A DNA stretch of 52,180 nucleotides from an uncultured Aquificales bacterium. GTDB taxonomy: Bacteria > Aquificota > Aquificia > Aquificales > Hydrogenothermaceae. Below are positions 11,346-20,015 of this stretch, piece by piece. The stretch is from NCBI GenBank assembly GCA_964582875.1, contig CAZOTZ010000003.1, positions 1 through 52,180 of the forward strand. The letters are read 5' to 3'. The notes below the pieces were generated by a model, which had not been told where the DNA came from, made no database searches, and saw nothing but the letters and a program-made list of their open reading frames with translations. Within the stretch, counting starts at the first letter, position 1, and the number at the start of each line of letters is the position of its first letter. The position numbers were made by a program, and so were the translations under genes.

Positions 11346-12890
11346 CTAAAAAGCGTATTTTAAAGATTTTTTCCCACCTAAAACAATATCAAGGAAAAGT
11401 TTTGTAACGAAAATTGCTGTGAAAATTGATATTACAGTACCTATTGATAAAGTAGCTGCAAAACCTTTTAAAGGTCCTGTTCCAAACTGGAATAAAACGA
11501 ATGCTGCTATTAATGTTGTAATCTGGGCGTCTATGATAGCATCCCAGGCTCTTTTAAACCCTTCTTCTAAAGCAACACGTAATGTTTTTCCTCTTTTAAG
11601 TTCTTCTTTTATTCTTTCAAAGATGATAACGTTAGCGTCAACAGCCATACCGATGTTTAGAATAATACCAGCTATACCTGGGAGGGTTAAGGTTACATCT
11701 AAAAATACCATTGCAGCCCATAGAAGTAGACCGTTGAACAGGAGTGCAATTATTGATATAAAACCGGATATAGCGTATCTCCAAATCATAAAAAGTCCAA
11801 CAAGAATAAGAGCTGTTATACCTGCCTTTAAAGTTTTATCAATAGAATCTTTTCCTAAGGTTGGTCCTATAACCCTTTCCTCAAGTATCTTAACAGGTGC
11901 AGGTAAAGCTCCAGCTCTTAACACTATTGCAAGGTCGGCTGCTTCTTCTGGTGTGAAGTTCCCTGTAATCTGTCCGCTTTTTGATATTCTTGAACGTATT
12001 ACAGGTGCGGATATAACTTTGTTGTCAAGAACTATCGCAAGCCTTTTCCCAATAAGTTTTGTTGTTGCTTCCCCAAATATCTGTGCCCCTTCATCTGTAA
12101 GTTCAAAGTTAACTGCTGGATTTCCTGCCTGGTCTACTGTTGTTCTTGCATCTTTTAGCATTGCTCCAGTAATAATAGGTGTATCCTTAACTAAAAAGTA
12201 CTCTTTCACTTGTTTTCCGTTTATAACTTTTGGAACACCTTCAAGTATTTTTGTTCCCTTTGGAAGACCATCAGGATACCTTGAGAGAAGTTCCTTCTTA
12301 CTAAATGCAGAATCCACAACCTCTAAAAGCTCAAGCTGTGCAGTTTTTCCAATTATATTTTTAGCCCTTTCCGGGTCTATAACACCTGGGAGTTCAACAA
12401 GAACTCTTTTTTCTCCCATTCTTGCTATATTTGCGTTTAGGGTTCCAAACTGGTCAATCCTGTTTCTTAAGGTTTCTACAGCCTGTTCTATTGTCAGTTT
12501 TTTTATTCTCTCAAGCTCTTTTGGGTGAAATGTCAGTTCTAATGTGGCAGATTTTGTTTTTATTATCAGTTGTGGATATTTATCTTTTATCAGTTTGTAT
12601 GCAAGGTTTATTTTTGTTGGGTCAAGTAAAGAAAGGGTTATACCTTTTTTTGTATCAATCTGAACATTTAAAACTTCTATACCATTTTTCTTTAGAAGAT
12701 TTTCTATCTCTTTTGCTGTTTGTTTGTACTGGGTTTTTATTACATGGTCAACATCAACTTCAAGGACTATACTCATTCCTCCCTGTAAATCAAGACCAAG
12801 TTTTACAGGTTTTTCAAAGATTATGTAGAGGGAGGCAACTAAAATAGCAAAAACCAGCAGGAGTTTAAGTTTTATGTCGTTTTTCAACAC
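11346..12890 (-). CDS. secD: Protein translocase subunit SecD. The start was chosen at GTG 12890. The ORF is open up to ATG 13007.
   Basis: LGLDLQGG, GPTLG, ANVIIFERIKEE and TM-rich ends. GTG 12890 is preceded by AAGGGGA and begins VLKNDIKLKLLLVFAIL, a typical SecD N-terminal TM helix. The 39 extra residues from ATG 13007 show no SecD-like features. Confidence 0.9.
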   Translation of the reverse strand: MLKNDIKLKLLLVFAILVASLYIIFEKPVKLGLDLQGGMSIVLEVDVDHVIKTQYKQTAKEIENLLKKNGIEVLNVQIDTKKGITLSLLDPTKINLAYKLIKDKYPQLIIKTKSATLELTFHPKELERIKKLTIEQAVETLRNRIDQFGTLNANIARMGEKRVLVELPGVIDPERAKNIIGKTAQLELLEVVDSAFSKKELLSRYPDGLPKGTKILEGVPKVINGKQVKEYFLVKDTPIITGAMLKDARTTVDQAGNPAVNFELTDEGAQIFGEATTKLIGKRLAIVLDNKVISAPVIRSRISKSGQITGNFTPEEAADLAIVLRAGALPAPVKILEERVIGPTLGKDSIDKTLKAGITALILVGLFMIWRYAISGFISIIALLFNGLLLWAAMVFLDVTLTLPGIAGIILNIGMAVDANVIIFERIKEELKRGKTLRVALEEGFKRAWDAIIDAQITTLIAAFVLFQFGTGPLKGFAATLSIGTVISIFTAIFVTKLFLDIVLGGKKSLKYAF

Positions 12891-13077
12891 CAATCCCCTT
12901 TTTCTTTTTATATAACTTACAGAAAATCTATTATACAACAGGATAAATCTTAAAAAATTAAATCCCTGTGAAATCTTTTGTTTCAGATTTTCAATGATTA
13001 TTGTCATATTGAAATATGATTACTATATTTTAGATATATAAGTATAAAAAATATATTTCTATATAAGGAGGAAGGTT

Positions 13078-15492
13078 ATGTTTAGGCAGCAGCGGCTACG
13101 GAACGGACTTATCACCTTTGCTCTTGCAGGTAGTATGTTCCTACCTGTAGAGATAGCTAAAGGGGAGGAGGATGAAAAGAAAAATCCTCCTTTTAGTTTA
13201 AGTTTACTTGAACCTACTGTTGTAAAAGTAGGTGGTTTTTTCGGTAAAAGGGTTAATGCTTACCAGCCAAAGAACCCTTATAACATTTTCATTAATTATG
13301 AGCTTGGGATGCACTGTGTAGGATTTGATATTACCTACTGTTGTGTTATCCCTCCTTATAACAGTATTCAGGCTCAGGCAGTTAAGTCTGGAAGAGATGG
13401 AAAGCTTCCACAGCTCCTTTCACCTGATGACAAAGTCAAACTTTTCTACTATGTAAAGGACAACAGCTATTCTGAAGGAAACAAAATGAAGTACTGGTCT
13501 GTTCCAAAAGATGCCAATGGCGATGGGGATATGAATGACCCTGGGGACAACATGGCAAACTACGTCTGGACTCACCTCTTCATTTATCAGGATTTAGAAG
13601 GAACTATTCCTAAAAAGTGGAGTTTTAAAGACAGGCTACATATAGGTAAAGAGATACAGGTTCCCATTGATGCAGGACCTTCAGGAAAGCCTTTAGCTGG
13701 TGGATATATGGATTATGCTGGAGCTGATGGTAGTAATGTTGTTTTCACAGATTCAATGGTTCCTGCTGTGAAAAATGTCCCTCTTATTCTGACTGCTTCT
13801 TATATATGGGATGCCCTTGGGCTTCCGTTAACAGCTTTTAACGATAGTAAGAGGAGAGGAACCATAAGGACTATTTCTAACAAAGATTTCCAGCCTTACC
13901 AGTACTCTATGGTTCAGTTACACAGGGATGATGGTAAACCTATTACCGTTAATGGAAAGGTAGTGGAATTTTTTGGAACAAATCCTGTTGATATACCAAA
14001 CTGTTATGCCTGTCATTCTGGGGAAGGTCAGGCTGCGAGACTTGCAAGACAGGAAGGGTTAAAACTGTTTGATAAAGAGTATGAGTACTGGAAGAAAAAC
14101 TACCCTGATATAACAGACTATATGGCAAGACTTGCTCAAGGTTCTATAAATATCTTAGAACTCCATGACAAACACCACGGAACAAATTTCTTAAAGGAGT
14201 ATAACCCGAATGCTCCAACAAATAGACTTGGTTCTGTAGGTTCTGTTAACTGTGCAGATTGTCATGGGGACAATATATCAGGAAACCTCCAATCCCCAAG
14301 ACCTGGTGCCACAGGTTATAAACTGAAAAAAGCGAAAACTTTAACAGAAGCTATACATGCAAAACATGCCCAGCTTGTTCCTATGCCTGATAAAGCAGGA
14401 AGAACTCAAAACTGTCAGGCTTGCCACCCAACCCACTGGCAGGCTGAGGAAATGAATGATTTTGCCACAAATCCATTCCAGATTATTGATGATGAAGGAA
14501 ACCCAAGATTTTCTAATGCAGACCACAGGATAGCAGGAGGAGGTTGTTATCTCAGGAGGGATGCACACACTAATCCTGATGTTAAGCCTCCGTTTTTCTT
14601 AAATGAAATAGGAAAGTGGTATCTAAAAAACGTAAGTATGGTTGATGAAAAAGACAGACCTATTAATGAGATTAGAGGACTCACATGTACAAACTGTCAT
14701 AATCCACTAACACAGGCTCTTTATAACTATGATGACCTGAAAAATGTTGTAACGCAGGAAGGAAAAACCCTGAGAAACAAAACAATAGCTGAGGTAATAG
14801 AAATTCTTGCAGATGGTGATATTAAAAAGTTCAAAAGGATGGCTGACCCAAGGATAAAAGATGGGGATAATCCTATATATGAGTTTTACGCAAAACATAA
14901 AAGTGCTACTCTTGTGAAAGCAACAACAGAAAACGGTGTTTTAAAGCTACTTCCTTGGAATGCTGACAAAGGAAAACCTGTTCCTTATGAAGCCGCTTCT
15001 GCCGGTAAAGACTGGTGGTTAGCTCCTGCTGAGCCACATTGTGCAAACTGTCATATAGCACCTTTTGTTGAAAGTGAAGGTGGTAAATACTTCCCAATAG
15101 ACCAGCCAAACAAGTACGCACTTTATAGATACTCAAAAGCCCATGGTGTTATTGCATGTCAATCCTGCCATGAATCAATCCATGGTCTTTATCCTGTAAG
15201 GTATGAAGGTCCAGAGAGAACAGTAGATTTAACTACCCATGAACAGGCTCTACAGTACTCTCCTGATGGTAAGTACGATGGACCTGTAACATGTGCTGCA
15301 TGTCATACAGTTAACGAGAAAGGAGTACCTGTTCAACTGGTTGGAACTGAGTATGAGGACGATTACTGGGCTTCTGTAGTTTTAATCCACTTTATGAGGG
15401 AAGGTGACCAGAAACTCTCTGTTAAAGAGCTTGTTAGAAAATACCCTTACAGAACAGCAAGGGAAATTGTTGAAAAAGGATGGGGAATGTAA
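13078..15492 (+). CDS. Periplasmic multihaem c-type cytochrome (seven CXXCH), 804 aa, family unassigned
   Basis: RBS AAGGAGGAAGG and a Sec-type signal. CXXCH motifs are CYACH, CADCH, CQACH, CTNCH, CANCH, CQSCH and CAACH, all in the C-terminal ~500 aa. The N-terminal ~300 aa is haem-free. Confidence 0.9.
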   Translation: MFRQQRLRNGLITFALAGSMFLPVEIAKGEEDEKKNPPFSLSLLEPTVVKVGGFFGKRVNAYQPKNPYNIFINYELGMHCVGFDITYCCVIPPYNSIQAQAVKSGRDGKLPQLLSPDDKVKLFYYVKDNSYSEGNKMKYWSVPKDANGDGDMNDPGDNMANYVWTHLFIYQDLEGTIPKKWSFKDRLHIGKEIQVPIDAGPSGKPLAGGYMDYAGADGSNVVFTDSMVPAVKNVPLILTASYIWDALGLPLTAFNDSKRRGTIRTISNKDFQPYQYSMVQLHRDDGKPITVNGKVVEFFGTNPVDIPNCYACHSGEGQAARLARQEGLKLFDKEYEYWKKNYPDITDYMARLAQGSINILELHDKHHGTNFLKEYNPNAPTNRLGSVGSVNCADCHGDNISGNLQSPRPGATGYKLKKAKTLTEAIHAKHAQLVPMPDKAGRTQNCQACHPTHWQAEEMNDFATNPFQIIDDEGNPRFSNADHRIAGGGCYLRRDAHTNPDVKPPFFLNEIGKWYLKNVSMVDEKDRPINEIRGLTCTNCHNPLTQALYNYDDLKNVVTQEGKTLRNKTIAEVIEILADGDIKKFKRMADPRIKDGDNPIYEFYAKHKSATLVKATTENGVLKLLPWNADKGKPVPYEAASAGKDWWLAPAEPHCANCHIAPFVESEGGKYFPIDQPNKYALYRYSKAHGVIACQSCHESIHGLYPVRYEGPERTVDLTTHEQALQYSPDGKYDGPVTCAACHTVNEKGVPVQLVGTEYEDDYWASVVLIHFMREGDQKLSVKELVRKYPYRTAREIVEKGWGM

Positions 15493-15522
15493 AAAGGAAG
15501 GGGCTACCTGCCCCTTCTTTTA
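15491..15522. terminator. Bidirectional terminator shared by the cytochrome gene (+) and clpB (-)
   Basis: GGAAGGGGC-TACCT-GCCCCTTC with an A-run upstream and a T-run downstream, between convergent stops at 15492 and 15520. Confidence 0.8.
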
Positions 15523-18510
15523 TGTACTAACCTCTTCAGTTTTTTCTTTTACTCTGAATACAAGTTCTCCGTTTTCAACGTCAAGAACAACAGTGTCTCC
15601 TGGTTTAATCTCTCCTGCAAGGATTTTTTCAGAAAGGGGAGTTTCTACGTATTTCTGTATAGCTCTTCTTAATGGTCTCGCACCATAAACAGGGTCATAA
15701 CCAAGTTTAGCAATATGTTCTTTCGCAGTATCTGTGGCTTCAAGGTGTATTTCCCTTTCAATGAGTCTTTTGTTTAGGTTTTTAAGCATAAGGTCTACAA
15801 TCTGAAGTAGTTCTTTCTTTAGAAGTGGTTTAAATACAAGTATATCATCTAACCTATTTAAGAATTCAGGTCTGAAGTAGTGTTTAACTTCTTCTAAAAC
15901 TTTTTCTTTTGCCATTTCAAACTCTTTTTCAACAACATCTTCAGGGGCATCAAACGGTATTACTGTTAGATACTGACTTCCGATATTTGAGGTCATAATT
16001 ATGATTGTGTTTCTGAAGTTAACAGTTCTTCCCTTACTGTCTGTTAATCTTCCATCGTCTAAAACCTGTAGGAAAAGGTCAAATACCCTTGGATGAGCTT
16101 TTTCTATTTCGTCAAGGAGTATAACAGAGTAAGGTTTTCTTCTTACCGCTTCTGTTAGTTTTCCTCCTTCTTCGTATCCAACGTATCCTGGAGGTGCACC
16201 TATAAGTTTAGCTACTGAATGTTCTTCTTTAAACTCTGACATATCAAGTCTTATCAGTGCATCTTCATCTCCAAATAGTACTTCAGCTAATGCCTTTGCT
16301 GTTTCTGTTTTACCAACCCCTGTTGGTCCAAGGAACATAAATGAAGCCTGTGGTTTCCTTGGGTCTGAAAGTCCTGCTCTTGCTCTTCTTATAGCTTCTG
16401 CTACAGTTTTTATCACGTGTTCCTGGTCAACAACTCTTTTGTGCAGTTCTTCTTCAAGTCTTAAAAGTCTTTGCATTTCTTCTTCTTTAAGTTTTGATAT
16501 TGGTATACCTGTCCAGTCTGAAATAACTTCAGCAACGTCATCTTCAGTTACTACTGTTTTTTCTGCAATCTTATGCTCAAGTTCTTTAATTTCTTTTTCA
16601 AGTTTAGCTTTTTCTATTTTTAGCTGAGCTTCTTTTTCGTAGTCTCCTTCTTCTGCTGCTTTTTCTATCTGGGTTTCAATATCTTCAAGTTTTTTTCTTA
16701 AGGCTTCAATTTTTACATGTTCACTGTCTGATTTTTCTTTTAACTCTTTTAGTTCTTTTTCAAGTTTAGCTTTTTCTATTTTTAACTGAGCTTCTTTCTC
16801 ATAATCTCCATCTAATGAAGCCTGTATTATCTGTTCTTCAAGCATTTTTATTTTTCTTTCAAGCTCAATAACTTCAGGTGGAGAGTATACGAGTTTAAGT
16901 TTTTTCCTTGCACATGCCTGGTCTAAAGCGTCTATAGCCTTATCAGGTAGTTTTCTGTCTGTTACATATCTGTCTGTTAGTTTAGCTGCTGCTACAAGGG
17001 CTGATTCATCTATTTTTACCCCGTGGTGCTTTTCAAGTCTTGGTTTTAAAGCTTTTAGTATCTCAATAGTAGTTTCAACGTCTGGTTCCTCAACATAAAC
17101 AGGCTGGAATCTTCTTTCTAAAGCTGGGTCTTTTTCAATATACTTTCTATACTCATCAATAGTTGTTGCTCCTATTACCCTAAGCTCTCCCCTTGCTAAT
17201 GCTGGTTTTAGTAGGTTTCCTGCATCTGTTGAACCTTCAGTGGCTCCAGCTCCAACTATTGTGTGGATTTCATCAATGAACAGAATAATGTTTCCATCTT
17301 TTTTTACTTCATCTATGAGATTTTTTAATCTCTCTTCAAACTCTCCTCTGTACTTTGTTCCAGCAAGTAAAGCTCCCATATCTAAAGCTAAAATTCTTTT
17401 ATCAAATAGTTCTTCAGGAACTTCTTTGTTCACTATTTTTTGGGCAAGCCCTTCTACAATAGCAGTTTTACCAACACCTGCTTCACCAACTAAAACAGGG
17501 TTGTTTTTTGTTCTTCTGAGAAGAACTTCTATCACCTGTTGTATCTCTTTTTCTCTTCCTATAACAGGGTCTAACTTTCCTTCTTTTGCAAGTTCTGTTA
17601 AGTCAACTGTAAACCTTTCTAAGGCTGATTTTTCTTCTTCAGCCATTTCTTGCTGGATATTTTCTCCATTCATCTTTTCTTTTCCTCCTGTTAGTATTTG
17701 TTCTAAAATTTTTCCGGCTATTGAGTCTTTAGCCTCAATAAGTGCAGAAGCTATGTATAAAGGTTTTACTAAAGCTTCTCCTTTCTGTAAAGCTTTTTTT
17801 TCAGCTTCTTCTAAAACTTTTACAAGTTTTGAAGCGTAAACTTTTCCACTTTTTGTTCCAAGTACTTCTTCGGCAATTCTAACAACAACTCTATCTGGAG
17901 ATAATCCTAAATCTGATACTTGTTTAACAAAATCGGAATTTTCTATTATTTTGTATAAAACAGCAGAAAGGCTGATTTCTCCATTTAAAAATCTGTTGGC
18001 TGTTTCCTCATCAAGAACCTGTAGTAAAGAGTTTTTTATTTGGGACAATTGGCTTTTAAGCTGGTTCTCATACCTTGAAAGTCTTTCATACTCAAGTCTT
18101 GAAGAACTTCCAAATCCTCCCCAGAATGAGCTTTCTTCGTATCTGAGTTCCTGCTCCAGTTGTTTTTTTGCCCTTAAAACCTCTTTTAACTGGGATTGTA
18201 TCTTCTGTACGTTCCCTTTTACTTGTGTTAATTGATTTTGAAGATTTCTAAGGTAATCTGTATACTCTTTTATTGATTTATCTATCTGGGAATAAAGGTC
18301 ATTAAGATACTCATTTATTTTTTGAACTAAATCTTTAGTATCTATCCCTCTTTTTTCTAATACTTTAACAATTGGGCTGTCTTTTTTGCTTATTAATGCA
18401 AGTAAAAGATGGTCTGTATCTACAAGCCTATCACCTCTTCTCTGTGCTATCTGTTTTGCTTCTTCTAAGTAATTTTTAGACCGGTTGTCTAATAGGTTTT
18501 CACTGAACAT
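15520..18510 (-). CDS. clpB: ATP-dependent disaggregase ClpB (AAA+ class I), unusually long at 996 aa
   Basis: Two Walker A sites (GEAGVGKT, GPTGVGKT), Walker B sites (ILFIDEIH, VILLDEIEKAH), a coiled-coil M-domain and no IGF/LGF ClpP-docking loop after the second NBD. Confidence 0.95.
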   Translation of the reverse strand: MFSENLLDNRSKNYLEEAKQIAQRRGDRLVDTDHLLLALISKKDSPIVKVLEKRGIDTKDLVQKINEYLNDLYSQIDKSIKEYTDYLRNLQNQLTQVKGNVQKIQSQLKEVLRAKKQLEQELRYEESSFWGGFGSSSRLEYERLSRYENQLKSQLSQIKNSLLQVLDEETANRFLNGEISLSAVLYKIIENSDFVKQVSDLGLSPDRVVVRIAEEVLGTKSGKVYASKLVKVLEEAEKKALQKGEALVKPLYIASALIEAKDSIAGKILEQILTGGKEKMNGENIQQEMAEEEKSALERFTVDLTELAKEGKLDPVIGREKEIQQVIEVLLRRTKNNPVLVGEAGVGKTAIVEGLAQKIVNKEVPEELFDKRILALDMGALLAGTKYRGEFEERLKNLIDEVKKDGNIILFIDEIHTIVGAGATEGSTDAGNLLKPALARGELRVIGATTIDEYRKYIEKDPALERRFQPVYVEEPDVETTIEILKALKPRLEKHHGVKIDESALVAAAKLTDRYVTDRKLPDKAIDALDQACARKKLKLVYSPPEVIELERKIKMLEEQIIQASLDGDYEKEAQLKIEKAKLEKELKELKEKSDSEHVKIEALRKKLEDIETQIEKAAEEGDYEKEAQLKIEKAKLEKEIKELEHKIAEKTVVTEDDVAEVISDWTGIPISKLKEEEMQRLLRLEEELHKRVVDQEHVIKTVAEAIRRARAGLSDPRKPQASFMFLGPTGVGKTETAKALAEVLFGDEDALIRLDMSEFKEEHSVAKLIGAPPGYVGYEEGGKLTEAVRRKPYSVILLDEIEKAHPRVFDLFLQVLDDGRLTDSKGRTVNFRNTIIIMTSNIGSQYLTVIPFDAPEDVVEKEFEMAKEKVLEEVKHYFRPEFLNRLDDILVFKPLLKKELLQIVDLMLKNLNKRLIEREIHLEATDTAKEHIAKLGYDPVYGARPLRRAIQKYVETPLSEKILAGEIKPGDTVVLDVENGELVFRVKEKTEEVST
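16591..16809 (-). repeat. In-frame direct duplication inside the clpB M-domain: two ~57-nt copies offset by 162 nt
   Basis: 16591..16647 and 16753..16809 are near-identical; I count 4 mismatches by eye. They encode GDYEKEAQLKIEKAKLEKE[L/I]KEL twice, 54 aa apart. Confidence 0.85.
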
Positions 18511-18667
18511 CTTTTTCCTCCTTTTTACGTTTTAAAATATTAGTATATCTCTATAAGATTTTTTAAGTTAGTTTATATAAATAAATATAGAATTAATAAT
18601 TGAATTTTGCAAGAGTTTAGCTATAGTTCTCCTTTTAAAAAGGAGTAGAAGATTTATATAAAAATCG

Positions 18668-18693
18668 TGAAAAAGGGCTTAAGAAGCCCTTTC
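18668..18693 (-). terminator. Intrinsic terminator after the M16 peptidase gene
   Basis: On the minus strand the sequence reads GGGCTT-CTT-AAGCCC followed by TTTTTCACGATTTT. It lies 9 nt below the stop at 18702. Confidence 0.7.
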
Positions 18694-18701
18694 GCAGGGG
18701 A

Positions 18702-20015
18702 TTATTTTTCAGGGAGGAGTTCTACCTGGGTGTATGCGTTCAGGTGTATATACTTTCTCAAAAAGTTATCAACATCTTTTTTTGATACCTGTTCTATCTT
18801 TTGGATATACTTAAGGTCATAGTCTATGTTTTTTACCACAGATGCTGCGTATCCTATTGACTCAGCATCATGGGTTACTTCTTCCCTTGAGAAAATTTCT
18901 CCGTTAACAAGTCTTTCTTTTGCGTTTTCAACAAGATTTTCAGGTACTCCTTTGTCTATGTATTCTTTGAGTATTTCAAATATTTTTTCTTTGGCTTTAT
19001 CTTTTTTATCTACATCTGTTATGTAGTAGATAACAAACTGACTTGTTCCTTTATATCCTGAATAGCCTCCGTATATAGATTGGACTAACCCTTTTTCCCT
19101 TAATTCCTGATACATAACAGAGGTTCTTCCACCAAAAAGTATCTCCTCAAGTACATTTGCAGGGAAGGTTTCTTCTGATGATACAGGGGGAGCCTGCCAT
19201 CCTATTGCAACATAAGCCCTTGTAACCTGAGGATTTTTTATCTCCTTTTTTCTTATATCTGTTTGGGGGTTTTCAAGGGGAGTTTCTGGAGGTTGATACG
19301 GTTTTCCTTTTACATTACCAAATGTTTCTTTAACAAAAGAAACAACATCATCTTTTTTTACGTTTCCATCAACTACTATGTACATGTTTGAGGGGACATA
19401 GTGGGAATAAAAGTAATCTTTTACGAGTTTTTCATCAAACTTTTCTATAGTTTCCCTATAACCTATAACAGGATGTTTGTAGTTGCTTTTTTTGTAGGCA
19501 AGTTTGTTATATGTGTACCACAGAATTCTTCTTGGGTTATCAAGGGCTCTATTTAACTCTTCAAGGACTATTGGTTTTTCTTTTTCTATCATTTCTTTTG
19601 ATAGGGTAGGAGCAGTTGTCATATAGTACAGATATTTCAGGGCTTCTTTCCAGAATGGAGAAGCTATTTCTATATGGTAGTAGGTAAAGTCAAAACTTGT
19701 AGCTGCGTTTATACTTCCGCCTTTTTTCTCTATTTCTGCTTCAATTTCGCCTGGTGCTGTGTACTTTGTACCATTAAAGAGCATATGTTCAAGGAAGTGG
19801 GAAATCCCCCTCTCTTTATCGTTCTCATAGACAGAGCCTACACTGAACCACACCTGAAGGGCTACAGCTTCTGTATCATCTCTTTCCTTAACTATAACTG
19901 TTGCACCATTTTTTAGCTTTTCTATGTACAGATTTTCCTTATCTACAAGGACTTCAGCGTTTGTTATCATAACCGCCCCCAGAATTGATAATATTAAACT
20001 AACTAATTTTTTCAT
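18702..20015 (-). CDS. M16 (pitrilysin/insulinase) family zinc peptidase, secreted
   Basis: Signal peptide KKLVSLILSILGAVMITNA, inverted zinc motif HFLEHMLF (HxxEH) and a downstream EIEKKGGSINAATS Glu region. The ATG overlaps the upstream stop (ATGA), with GGAGG inside the upstream gene. Confidence 0.9.
   Translation of the reverse strand: MKKLVSLILSILGAVMITNAEVLVDKENLYIEKLKNGATVIVKERDDTEAVALQVWFSVGSVYENDKERGISHFLEHMLFNGTKYTAPGEIEAEIEKKGGSINAATSFDFTYYHIEIASPFWKEALKYLYYMTTAPTLSKEMIEKEKPIVLEELNRALDNPRRILWYTYNKLAYKKSNYKHPVIGYRETIEKFDEKLVKDYFYSHYVPSNMYIVVDGNVKKDDVVSFVKETFGNVKGKPYQPPETPLENPQTDIRKKEIKNPQVTRAYVAIGWQAPPVSSEETFPANVLEEILFGGRTSVMYQELREKGLVQSIYGGYSGYKGTSQFVIYYITDVDKKDKAKEKIFEILKEYIDKGVPENLVENAKERLVNGEIFSREEVTHDAESIGYAASVVKNIDYDLKYIQKIEQVSKKDVDNFLRKYIHLNAYTQVELLPEK

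Noticed and set aside
11419-12528. 369-aa + strand ORF, one of the longest in the track
   Set aside because: It is antisense to secD, whose family motifs are unambiguous. The product is Ser/Ile/Pro/Phe-rich with no domain signature. It is a codon-complement artefact of a K/E/G/L-rich gene in AT-rich DNA.
12891-13007. N-terminal 39-aa extension of SecD from ATG 13007 (MTIIIENLKQKISQGFNFLRF...)
   Set aside because: The extension precedes the first TM helix, has no SecD-like sequence, and starts only 70 nt from the divergent cytochrome gene with no RBS. GTG 12890 has an AAGGGGA RBS. It is kept as an alternative only.
17240-17839. 199-aa + strand ORF inside clpB (also 16439..16627 and 17951..18235)
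   Set aside because: These are Ser-rich antisense shadows of clpB with no start context or motifs.
18511-18701. Search for a CIRCE (TTAGCACTC-N9-GAGTGCTAA) heat-shock operator upstream of clpB; also the palindrome CTCCTTTT-A-AAAAGGAG at about 18632..18648
   Set aside because: No acceptable CIRCE match is visible. The CTCC/GGAG palindrome is short, A/T-centred and could equally be a chance feature or weak hairpin. Evidence is insufficient to call a regulatory site.
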